Source: Fimbriimonadales bacterium
GTDB taxonomy: Bacteria > Armatimonadota > Fimbriimonadia > Fimbriimonadales > ATM1
Direction: 5' to 3'
Assembly: GCA_051003155.1 (NCBI GenBank)
Contig: JBPCLO010000011.1
Location: forward strand, 68,012 to 132,011
Length of the DNA stretch: 64,000 bases
The position numbers were made by a program, and so were the translations under genes. Shown here piece by piece: positions 38,721-46,975 of the stretch (position 1 is the first letter of the stretch; each line of letters starts with the position of its first letter). Below the pieces are notes generated by a model. The model was given only the letters and a program-made list of their open reading frames with translations. It made no database searches and had not been told where the DNA came from.

Positions 38721-40180
38721 GCCGCCCCGACTCCGGCGGCGAGCATCATGATCTCCTCCTCGGAGGCGTTTCCGGCCAACTCGCCCGCCAGCGACCCGTT
38801 TCGCATGACGAGAATCCGATGGCACAAACCAATGAGCTCCGGCATCTCGGAGGAAATGACGATGCACGCCATTCCATCAGCCGCGAGCCTGTGTATAAGG
38901 CGGTACAACTCCTGCTTAGCGCCAATGTCAACGCCACGCGTGGGTTCGTCGAGGATCAGGATCCTCGGTTCGAGGTCGAGCCACTTCGCAATAGAGACTT
39001 TCTGCTGATTTCCTCCGCTCAAGTACAAGATGGGAGCATCGAGGTCTCCGGCCCGAACGTCGATCTCGCTCACCCACCTCTCGACGCCTTCCCGCTCCCG
39101 ACGCGTGTCGACTAAGGGCTTCGCGTACGACGAGAGGTTTGCCAGCGTTGCGTTCTTGATGACGTCGAGCGAGAGCAGGAGTCCTGCGTCCTTGCGGTCC
39201 TCAGACACATACGCGATGCCGAGTTTGGCGGCATCCCGAGGGGACCGAATCGCAGCAAGGCGGCCGTCTACTCGAATCGCTCCGCTGGTTTCCCGGAGTC
39301 CTACGAGCATTTCGGCAAGCTCGGTCCGGCCGGAACCGACCAGGCCGGCTAAGCCCACGATCTCGCCCGGTCGCACCTCGAAGCTCGCGCCTCCCACTCC
39401 TTCGACCGAAACCAAGGCATCGCTAGCTTGCGCCGGCGTTTTGTCGGGAAATACGTCCTGGAACACTCGCCCTACCATATCTCCGGCGAGTTGCTCCTGG
39501 GTTGCCTCGCCGGCCCCCAGGGTGCGAGCGACGATTCCATCGCGAAGAACCGTGATCGTGTCGCAGATCTCTTCCACTTCCGCGAGCCGGTGTGAAACGT
39601 AGAGGATCGTGACGCCGCCTGCTTTCAGTTCCTCGATCAGGTCGAATAGGCTCCGGACACCCGCATCGCCAAGAACGGCGGTCGGCTCGTCCATGATGAT
39701 CACGGAGGCGTTGTACGAGACCGCTTTCGCGATTTCGACGAGCTGCTTTTGCGCAAGCGATAGATTGCATAGCGGCTCGCCTGGCGGAAACTTCGCGCCT
39801 ATCTTCGTGAGATAAAGAGTGGCCTCCGTGTTCATCGCCGCCGAGTCGATCGAGAGATACTTGCGAGGTTCTCTACCGAGGAAGATGTTTTCGGCAACCG
39901 TAAGGCCGTCCACCAAATTTAGTTCCTGGTGGATCATCGCGATCCCCTTCGACATGGCATCCGCTGCGCCGCGCAGATGGATTGGCGCCTCGTCCATCAG
40001 CACCACACCGGACGTCGGTTCCAGCAACCCCGAAAGAATGCGCATCAGCGTGCTCTTGCCTGCACCGTTCTCGCCGATTATCCCGTGCGTTTGGCCCGCC
40101 TCGAACTCCAGGGACACTCCGGTGAGGGCGCGCACTGCGGGAAACTGCATCACCAGGTCACGAACGGCGAGCCGGGGCAT
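38717..40180 (-). CDS. Sugar ABC transporter ATP-binding protein (RbsA-like, two NBDs)
   Basis: GENGAGKST, LSGGNQQKV and DEPTRGVDIGAK. Confidence 0.92.
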   Translation of the reverse strand: MPRLAVRDLVMQFPAVRALTGVSLEFEAGQTHGIIGENGAGKSTLMRILSGLLEPTSGVVLMDEAPIHLRGAADAMSKGIAMIHQELNLVDGLTVAENIFLGREPRKYLSIDSAAMNTEATLYLTKIGAKFPPGEPLCNLSLAQKQLVEIAKAVSYNASVIIMDEPTAVLGDAGVRSLFDLIEELKAGGVTILYVSHRLAEVEEICDTITVLRDGIVARTLGAGEATQEQLAGDMVGRVFQDVFPDKTPAQASDALVSVEGVGGASFEVRPGEIVGLAGLVGSGRTELAEMLVGLRETSGAIRVDGRLAAIRSPRDAAKLGIAYVSEDRKDAGLLLSLDVIKNATLANLSSYAKPLVDTRREREGVERWVSEIDVRAGDLDAPILYLSGGNQQKVSIAKWLDLEPRILILDEPTRGVDIGAKQELYRLIHRLAADGMACIVISSEMPELIGLCHRILVMRNGSLAGELAGNASEEEIMMLAAGVGAA

Positions 40181-40186
40181 CGAGTC

Positions 40187-41095
40187 TTAGAAGTTGTCCG
40201 CGCTGCGATACGCGTCGATCACCGCTCGTTCGCCTTCCTTGCCGGGTTTGCTGGCGCCGTGCTCCATTCCGAGAATTCCTGTGAATCCCCGCGAGTGGAT
40301 GTGCTTGAACACGTTGCGATAGTTCACCTCGCCGGTGCCGGGCTCGTTCCGCCCGGGGTTGTCTCCGGTCTGGAAGTATGCGATGTGGTCCCAACTACGG
40401 TTCATATTATCGATGAGGTTGCCCTCGGTCACTTGCAGGTGATAGAGGTCCTGGAGAATCTTGACCGAAGGGTGGTTTACCGATTCGCAAACCGCACGCA
40501 GGACATCGCTGGTCGCACCAAACATGCCGGGATGGTCGCGCCAGTTCAACGGCTCGACGGCCATCACCATTCCGCTCGGCTCGCAGACGTCCGCTGCACG
40601 CCGCAGGGCTGACACGACGTATGCAATTTGGTGCCCCATCGGCATGTTCTGCGCGACTCGGCCGAGCACGGTCGTCACCCATTTGGCATTTATTCTCCTG
40701 GCGACCTCCGTCGAATTCTTGATGTCGCTCACGAATTTGTCTTGGATATCTTTGTTGCCCGTAGTCAGCGATGGACTCTGCCAGTCGATTGCGTGGGCGA
40801 CGAAGATCCCCATCTGCATCTTCCTTTCCGACATCAGCTTCGCGAAGCTCTCCTGAAACTCGACGCCCCTACCCGCCATGCCGTTGTCTTCCCAAGCGGT
40901 AAAGCCTTCGTCCGCCGCAAAGCGCACTTGGTCGAGGTCGTCCTTCGCGTGGTTTTGGAACATGCCGAAGTGAGGCGCATAGCGCAACTTGAATGCCTTC
41001 GTCGTTGTTTCGCCTCCTGCGAGGGACGGAACCGCGGCCGTCGCGGCGCCTGCCATGCCTGCCTGAAGAATCTCCCTCCGTGTTAGCTTCGCCAT
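40187..41095 (-). CDS. Tat-exported TIM-barrel protein (hydroxypyruvate/xylose isomerase-like)
   Basis: TRREIL Tat motif, EPLN, DLYHLQ and DNPGRNEPGTGE. Confidence 0.85.
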   Translation of the reverse strand: MAKLTRREILQAGMAGAATAAVPSLAGGETTTKAFKLRYAPHFGMFQNHAKDDLDQVRFAADEGFTAWEDNGMAGRGVEFQESFAKLMSERKMQMGIFVAHAIDWQSPSLTTGNKDIQDKFVSDIKNSTEVARRINAKWVTTVLGRVAQNMPMGHQIAYVVSALRRAADVCEPSGMVMAVEPLNWRDHPGMFGATSDVLRAVCESVNHPSVKILQDLYHLQVTEGNLIDNMNRSWDHIAYFQTGDNPGRNEPGTGEVNYRNVFKHIHSRGFTGILGMEHGASKPGKEGERAVIDAYRSADNF

Positions 41096-41101
41096 ATTGA
41101 A

Positions 41102-42358
41102 CTACACCAGCTTCGTCACGCCGGGCACGGCGACGGGTGGAACGGGAAGCGAACCCATTTCGAGTTTCGCCGGCAGTAGGCTCTCTTGGGAGTTCAGAGC
41201 CGTGTCCCAAGTGACTTCCTGGCCGGTGTACGCGGCCATCCGGCCCATGATCGCGGTAAGCGTGCTCTCGGCGACCTGCCGCCCTTCGTTGACGGGCTTC
41301 TTAGAAAGGATCGCCTCGTACAGATGCTTGTGCTCCTCCACGTACGGGTTCGGGCGTTCGCCGTCGAACCGCCAAGCCTTCTTGCCTTGAATCCAAGTAT
41401 TTGCGTTTGAAGTGCCTTCCGAGCCGACGACGTGCTCGGCGACGCGGCTCGCCGTGCCGTCGATCTGGCGGCACATGCTGATCATCTTCACGCCGTTGTC
41501 ATACTCGAACTCGGTCGCGAAGTGGTCGAAAATGTGGCCGTAGGCCGGTGTCGTGCGCACCTCCCTGCCCGCAAGGCTGATCGCGCGCACCGGGTGAGCC
41601 TTCATCGCCCAGTTGCAAACGTCGATATTGTGGATGTGCTGCTCTGCGATATGGTCGCCGGAAAGCCATGTGAAATAGAGCCAGTTTCGGAGCTGCCACT
41701 CCATGTCGCTCCATTCGTCCTTGCGAGGATGCATCCAAAGGCCGCCCTGGTTCCAATATGCGTGCAAGGCGAGGACCTCGCCGATGGCTCCATCGTGGAT
41801 TCGGGTCATGGCCTCGCGATAGGCGACATCGTGACGCCGTTGAGTGCCGGCGACGATGCTTAGTTTCTTCGATACGGCCATGTCCGAGGAAGCCAAGATC
41901 GAGCGTATGCCGGGGGCATCGACCGCCACGGGCTTCTCCATAAAGACGTGCTTACCGGCTCCGATTGCCTGCTGCAGATGAGCAGGGCGGAACCCCGGAG
42001 GCGCGGTCAGGATAACCACGTCCACACCGCTTGCGATGACTTTCTTGTAGGCGTCGAATCCCGTAAATGCCCGTTCGCCCGTTACCCGATATCGCTGGCC
42101 GAGCGCACCCTTCAGGTTCTCGCGGGAGCTTGCGAGCCGGTCGGCGAACACGTCTCCCATAGCCCACAAGACGACTCCTTCGTTAGCCGCCGAAGCGTCG
42201 GTGGCGGCGCCGGTGCCCCGTCCGCCGCAGCCGATTAGGCCAACACGGATAACGTCCGAGCCGGCGGCGAATACCCCGGCGGGAATGATGATGGAGGCTG
42301 TCGCGGCGGCGGCTTTACCGACAAATTCGCGGCGCGACAGGGAGTCGGGCTTGTCCAT
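41102..42358 (-). CDS. Tat-exported Gfo/Idh/MocA oxidoreductase
   Basis: SRREFV Tat motif, GLIGCGGRG, EKPVA and EQHIHNID. Confidence 0.9.
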   Translation of the reverse strand: MDKPDSLSRREFVGKAAAATASIIIPAGVFAAGSDVIRVGLIGCGGRGTGAATDASAANEGVVLWAMGDVFADRLASSRENLKGALGQRYRVTGERAFTGFDAYKKVIASGVDVVILTAPPGFRPAHLQQAIGAGKHVFMEKPVAVDAPGIRSILASSDMAVSKKLSIVAGTQRRHDVAYREAMTRIHDGAIGEVLALHAYWNQGGLWMHPRKDEWSDMEWQLRNWLYFTWLSGDHIAEQHIHNIDVCNWAMKAHPVRAISLAGREVRTTPAYGHIFDHFATEFEYDNGVKMISMCRQIDGTASRVAEHVVGSEGTSNANTWIQGKKAWRFDGERPNPYVEEHKHLYEAILSKKPVNEGRQVAESTLTAIMGRMAAYTGQEVTWDTALNSQESLLPAKLEMGSLPVPPVAVPGVTKLV

Positions 42359-42375
42359 GCCATAGCATAGCGCAA

Positions 42376-43104
42376 TCAGCGGTCGCAGACCAAGCGAAAG
42401 CCCACGAATGGCGCGTCGCAAAGCCACCATTTACTCTTGGGCATTTGTGGATCGCGTTGGTTCCATTTGGGCTCCTGTTTGATGCGTGAAAGGAAATCGA
42501 TTGCAGCTCTCTTGTCGTTATACGATCCGCCGCTTACCACGAAGATGCCGTCTTCCTGAATGCACCACTCGGCAACGTTGCCGAGCGTGTCGAAGAGGCC
42601 AAAGCCGTTGGGCTTCTTCTTGCCAACGGGATGCGTCTTGTCCACCGCGTTCTCCCAAAACCAAGCGTGCTCTTCAAGGGGTTCGGGAAGGACTTTCGTT
42701 CCGCCTCGCGCCGCAAGCTCCCATTCGGTTTCGGCTGGGAGCCGATACTTGCGGCCGGTTTTCGCCGAGATCCACTTGCAAAACGTTTGCGCGGCGCGGG
42801 GCGTCATACCGATGGCGGCATATCCGGCGTGGCCAAAGCCCCAATCTGGCGCGCCGTAAGGACGGCTCGGCCGGGATTCGGCGTCGACGCCCTTGTCGAT
42901 CTGTTCCTGGGTTTGATCGAGGCGAAAGGCCCAGATGTCGAAGAGGTCCCAGGTCACCTCGGTTTCGCCCACGAAAAATGGCTTGTCCGGTACGCCGATC
43001 ATGTTGAATTTTACGACAGTCCCATCGATCTTCTGTTCGAACCGATCCGTAGCGGGATAATGGGCGATGATGCTTAGCGCAGCGATTGTGGCGACAATGG
43101 TCAT
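42376..43104 (-). CDS. FGE-sulfatase (SUMF1-like) domain protein
   Basis: ETEVT, YRLP.E.EWE.AARG, PNGFGLFD.LGNVAEW and GFRLV. Confidence 0.85.
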   Translation of the reverse strand: MTIVATIAALSIIAHYPATDRFEQKIDGTVVKFNMIGVPDKPFFVGETEVTWDLFDIWAFRLDQTQEQIDKGVDAESRPSRPYGAPDWGFGHAGYAAIGMTPRAAQTFCKWISAKTGRKYRLPAETEWELAARGGTKVLPEPLEEHAWFWENAVDKTHPVGKKKPNGFGLFDTLGNVAEWCIQEDGIFVVSGGSYNDKRAAIDFLSRIKQEPKWNQRDPQMPKSKWWLCDAPFVGFRLVCDR

Positions 43105-43993
43105 AGGTAACGGCGCGCAGAGCCTGGCGCGCTTCGAGTATAGCCAGGTCCACATGGGCGTCCGCGTCGTACTGACGTTCTACGGAGCCGACCGTAACGT
43201 CGCCGAAGCTGCTGCGACCGAGGCCTTTGCGAGGTTCGCAGACCTTGAAGCGATCATGAGCGATTACCGCGCCGATAGCGAGCTGATGCGACTATGCTCA
43301 CACGCTGGGCGAGGTCCGCGGCCGATCAGCCGTGACCTTCATGCGGTTCTGCAACGATCCGTGGAGTTGGCCGAGCGATCTCATGGCGCATTCGACGTGA
43401 CTTGCGGGCCAATCGTGCGCTTGTGGAGAGAAGCTCGAAAAACGCGCAAGCTCCCGGACCCCGGCCAAATGGATCGAGCGCGGCAACTGGTTGGCCGGCA
43501 TTTGCTGGCCGTATCTACGGGGTCCGCCGATCTGCGTAAACCGGGCATGCAGCTCGATCTCGGGGGCATCGCGAAGGGGTACGCATGCGACCAGGCGATC
43601 GATGTGCTCGCTAAAAGCGGAGTGAGCAGAGCGATGGCCGAAGCGGGTGGGGACCTCGTCGTGTCAGGTCCGCCGCCGGGCAAGCTGGGCTGGCGCATCT
43701 TGGCCGATGGCGAGGTGACTTGGCTCAAGAACGCGGCGGTATCGACCTCCGGTGACGTCTCACAGTTCGTCGTCATCCGAGGGAGGCGCTACGCGCACAT
43801 TGTCGATCCTCGAACCGGCGTCGGCCTGACGAACCGCAAACAGGTCACGGTTCTGGCCCGAGACGGCATAACTAGCGACAGTCTCGCCACCGCGCTTTGC
43901 GTGCTCGCAGATTCTGAAGGCGAGAAGCTGGCGTCGGTCTACGGCGCCCGAATATGGGCCTCGGGCCGAATACGCGGTAATCTCAGAAAATGA
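43067..43993 (+). CDS. apbE: FAD:protein FMN transferase
   Basis: MG, GAFDVT, LDLGGIAKGY, GGD, STSG and HIVDPRTG. Confidence 0.9.
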   Translation: MMLSAAIVATMVIGNGAQSLARFEYSQVHMGVRVVLTFYGADRNVAEAAATEAFARFADLEAIMSDYRADSELMRLCSHAGRGPRPISRDLHAVLQRSVELAERSHGAFDVTCGPIVRLWREARKTRKLPDPGQMDRARQLVGRHLLAVSTGSADLRKPGMQLDLGGIAKGYACDQAIDVLAKSGVSRAMAEAGGDLVVSGPPPGKLGWRILADGEVTWLKNAAVSTSGDVSQFVVIRGRRYAHIVDPRTGVGLTNRKQVTVLARDGITSDSLATALCVLADSEGEKLASVYGARIWASGRIRGNLRK

Positions 43994-44694
43994 TCGTCTC
44001 TATCGTTGCCGCGTTCGCCCTGGCCCCGCAGCCAGCCGCAACAAGCATCCTCGTCTTCACCAAGACCGCGGGCTTTAGGCACGATTCCATACCCGCCGCG
44101 CGCCATGCGCTCCGGGAGATTGGCAGGGAAAGAAAGTGGTTCGTAACCACAACCGAAGACGCGACGTGGTTCGACGGCAACCACCTCAAGAACTTCGACG
44201 CCATCGTATTCCTGCTCACCACCGGCGACGTGCTGAACACCGATCAAGAAGCTGCGATGAAGGCGTTCGTCAATTCCGGGGGAGGTTTTGTGGGCGTACA
44301 CGCAGCAAGCGACACCGAGTACGAATGGGAGTGGTACGGCTTCCTCGTAGGCGGCTACTTCGCAAGCCATCCACCAACTCAGGAAGCCGTTGTAAGGATC
44401 GAAGACCGCAGGCACGCGTCAACGTCGTTTCTCCCGAAGGAATGGAAGCGCATCGACGAGTGGTACGATTTCAAGGCCAACCCGCGCCCTCGCGTTCGGG
44501 TGTTGGCAACCGTCGACGAATCGACGTACGATGGCGGGAAAATGGGCGTCGACCACCCGATCATGTGGTGCCACGAATTCGACGGGGGCAGGAGTTGGTA
44601 TACGGCGATGGGCCACACAAACGAAAGCTACGGCGACCCTTTGTTCAGGCGTATGCTCGGCGAAGGTATCGTTTGGGCCTGCCGAACTCGCTAA
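43990..44694 (+). CDS. ThuA-like domain protein
   Basis: FTKTAGFRHDSI, GGGFVGVHAA, DEWY and GRSWYTAMGH. Confidence 0.85.
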   Translation: MIVSIVAAFALAPQPAATSILVFTKTAGFRHDSIPAARHALREIGRERKWFVTTTEDATWFDGNHLKNFDAIVFLLTTGDVLNTDQEAAMKAFVNSGGGFVGVHAASDTEYEWEWYGFLVGGYFASHPPTQEAVVRIEDRRHASTSFLPKEWKRIDEWYDFKANPRPRVRVLATVDESTYDGGKMGVDHPIMWCHEFDGGRSWYTAMGHTNESYGDPLFRRMLGEGIVWACRTR

Positions 44695-44736
44695 TTTTCG
44701 GGTCCTCCTGGAGATTCGAGTCTCCCCGCGAGACGC

Positions 44737-45513
44737 TTACTTCAAAGTCTTCTTGAACGACCCCAGCGTTAGCGAAACCATAATCGCAAACAACACGGCC
44801 GCCACCAAGAACCCTTGCCATATCGCCGCTTCGCCCCAGCTGCCCAAAACCAGTGCGCGCACCCCTTCGATGATATAGGTGACCGGATTGTACGTCGCGA
44901 GTACCCGAAAGGTCGGCGGCAGCAACTCCATGGGCGCCTGCGAAGTGGTGAGGTAAAGGAACGGAAAGACGATCACGAAAAGCGATTGGACTAACCTCGC
45001 ATTCTGTGTGCGTAGGGCCGAAATCATGCTGACGCAGCTCCACGCCATGGCAAAGATCATGAGCATCCCGAAGATTGCGAGAACCCCAAGGAAACCTGTT
45101 TGTATTCTGACGCCGACGATGAGCAGCAATATGAGCACGAGCGCGCCCTGGAATAGCGCCTGCACCGCCACTTCGGTCAGCCTTCCCAAGATGATCGCGA
45201 GCCGATTGATCGGCATGATCATCAGCTTCTTGAAGTAGCCGTTCGAGATGTCCTGAACCAGCTCTATGCCCGCGTTTCCTGCCGAAAAGAAGACTGCCGT
45301 AAACAGCGCGATCGGAGCGATGAAATCGCGATAGGAGACATTCTCGGGGAATCCGGGCACCTTCGAAAACGAGCTCAGCGACGCTGCGTTCACCACGAAG
45401 AAAAAGATCGGTATGAACAGCGATGGGATCAAGGCGAGCAACGGCCGCCAGATCTGCTTGATGCTTCGGATCGATAGGTAGTACCAATCGGAGAAAAAAG
45501 CCGAGTTCGTCAC
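44737..45513 (-). CDS. ABC-2 type exporter permease
   Basis: Six-TM pattern and NPVTYIIEGVR. Confidence 0.82.
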   Translation of the reverse strand: MTNSAFFSDWYYLSIRSIKQIWRPLLALIPSLFIPIFFFVVNAASLSSFSKVPGFPENVSYRDFIAPIALFTAVFFSAGNAGIELVQDISNGYFKKLMIMPINRLAIILGRLTEVAVQALFQGALVLILLLIVGVRIQTGFLGVLAIFGMLMIFAMAWSCVSMISALRTQNARLVQSLFVIVFPFLYLTTSQAPMELLPPTFRVLATYNPVTYIIEGVRALVLGSWGEAAIWQGFLVAAVLFAIMVSLTLGSFKKTLK

Positions 45514-46304
45514 TACATCCTGTTCCTTGCGTACGGGTCCATCGCGTTGGCGTTCACCTCTTCGTCGCCCAGGTTGCTGCCGGTGGTTTTCAGGAAGACT
45601 TCCTCGAGGTTTCGCGCGTGGTGCTTTTCGAGTAGCTGTTGAACCGTGCCCTCGGTAACGATCTGTCCCTTGTCCATAATGGCTAACCGGTCGCAGAGGG
45701 CTTCGGCTTCCTCCATGAAGTGTGTGGTCAGGAAGATTGTCATCCCGGCGCGATTCAGCTCGCGCAGGTGATTCCAGATCAGCTGCCTAGCGTGCGGGTC
45801 GAGACCCTGGGTCGGCTCATCCAAGAACAGGACTTTCGGCTCGTGGATCAAGGAAAGAGCTAGATCGAATCTGCGTCGCATGCCTCCGGAATAACTGTTC
45901 GTGTACTTGTCAGCTACCTTTTCGAGCTCGACCAGCTTGAGCAGCTTGTCGATCTGGCTGTTGATCCGATCGAGCGGAAGGTGGTAGAGCCTGCCGTGTA
46001 GTTGGAGCATCTCCCGCGCCGTAGCGGTCTCGTCGAGCCCGATCTCCTGCATCGCGAAGCCCACCCGCTGATAGATTTCTCGCGCGTGGTCCTCGAGCCT
46101 CAGCCCATCGATCGCAATGTCGCCGCTAGTCCTCTTCACCAGGTTAACCAGCATATTGATGGTCGTGGTCTTACCGGCGCCGTTAGGTCCGAGAAACCCG
46201 AAGAACTCTCCCTGCTTGACTGAAAAACTCACTCCACGCACGGCCTCGGTGCCACCCTCGTACGTTTTTGTGAGGTCTTTGACCTCGATAATAGTCTCAG
46301 GCAT
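45513..46304 (-). CDS. ABC-2 exporter ATP-binding protein (DrrA-like)
   Basis: GPNGAGKTT, YSGGMRRR, DEPTQGLDP and TTHFMEEA; start ATG 46304. Confidence 0.88.
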   Translation of the reverse strand: MPETIIEVKDLTKTYEGGTEAVRGVSFSVKQGEFFGFLGPNGAGKTTTINMLVNLVKRTSGDIAIDGLRLEDHAREIYQRVGFAMQEIGLDETATAREMLQLHGRLYHLPLDRINSQIDKLLKLVELEKVADKYTNSYSGGMRRRFDLALSLIHEPKVLFLDEPTQGLDPHARQLIWNHLRELNRAGMTIFLTTHFMEEAEALCDRLAIMDKGQIVTEGTVQQLLEKHHARNLEEVFLKTTGSNLGDEEVNANAMDPYARNRM

Positions 46305-46562
46305 CGACGGACAGTATGGCAACGTTGTGGCGCGGGCGGTGCGGCTGTGTATCAAGGGCCGGGGGCAAGCGTCTTGAGGTTATAAGCCTTGAGAAGGGGC
46401 GAAGGAAGCAAACAAAATGATGAGGTCTAGATGCCGCGATTGTGGAAGTCTGCGTAGGACACTTATGGCCTTCGCGCAATCGGCTTTCCTTGCGCTAAGG
46501 GCAAGTGTATGACAGAGGTTCGCCGTCCACCCTTTTACATTACATAACAGGTTCAAAATAGG

Positions 46563-46638
46563 TGGTGGAGGTAAGGGGACTCGAACCCCTGACATCCTGC
46601 TTGCAAAGCAGGCGCTCTCCCAACTGAGCTATACCCCC
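46563..46638 (-). tRNA. tRNA-Ala (UGC)
   Basis: GGGGGTATAGCTCAGTTGGGAGAGCGCCTGCTTTGCAAGCAGGATGTCAGGGGTTCGAGTCCCCTTACCTCCACCA, 76 nt with encoded CCA; TATAAT upstream. Confidence 0.97.
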
Positions 46639-46700
46639 ACGGGCGAGCCAGATTATACCGCCGTGGACGGGCCGGCCAGACCCAGGTATTCGAACCACTA

Positions 46701-46974
46701 ATGGCTGGTGGTGCCAGTTGCGCGCATTTGGAGGCGATTGGAGACGGTCCTCTCCGCCAAGGCATATGGATGCGAGGAGCGCGTCGCCGCGGGTTCGCGC
46801 TGGCTGCATTTGCGCACCTGTCAAACATGCGGCGCAACGTTGTGTTGTGATTCGTCCTCGAATCGGCACGCGAGCCGGCACGCAAAAGAAACCGGGCATC
46901 CCGTGGCTTCTTCCGCCGAGCTCGGTGAGCGTTGGCTGTATTGCTTCGTCGACGACGAATTCAGAGAGTACTGA
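46701..46974 (+). pseudogene. UBP-type zinc finger protein, frameshifted
   Basis: MAGGASCAHLEAI (ATG 46701) is out of frame with GCEER...WLHLRTCQTCG..CCDSS.NRHA..H. Confidence 0.6.
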
Positions 46975-46975
46975 G

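Noticed and set aside
46356..46562. Non-coding stretch after the tRNA-Ala 3' end as an island attachment site
   Set aside because: No integrase and no duplicated tRNA 3' end seen in the window
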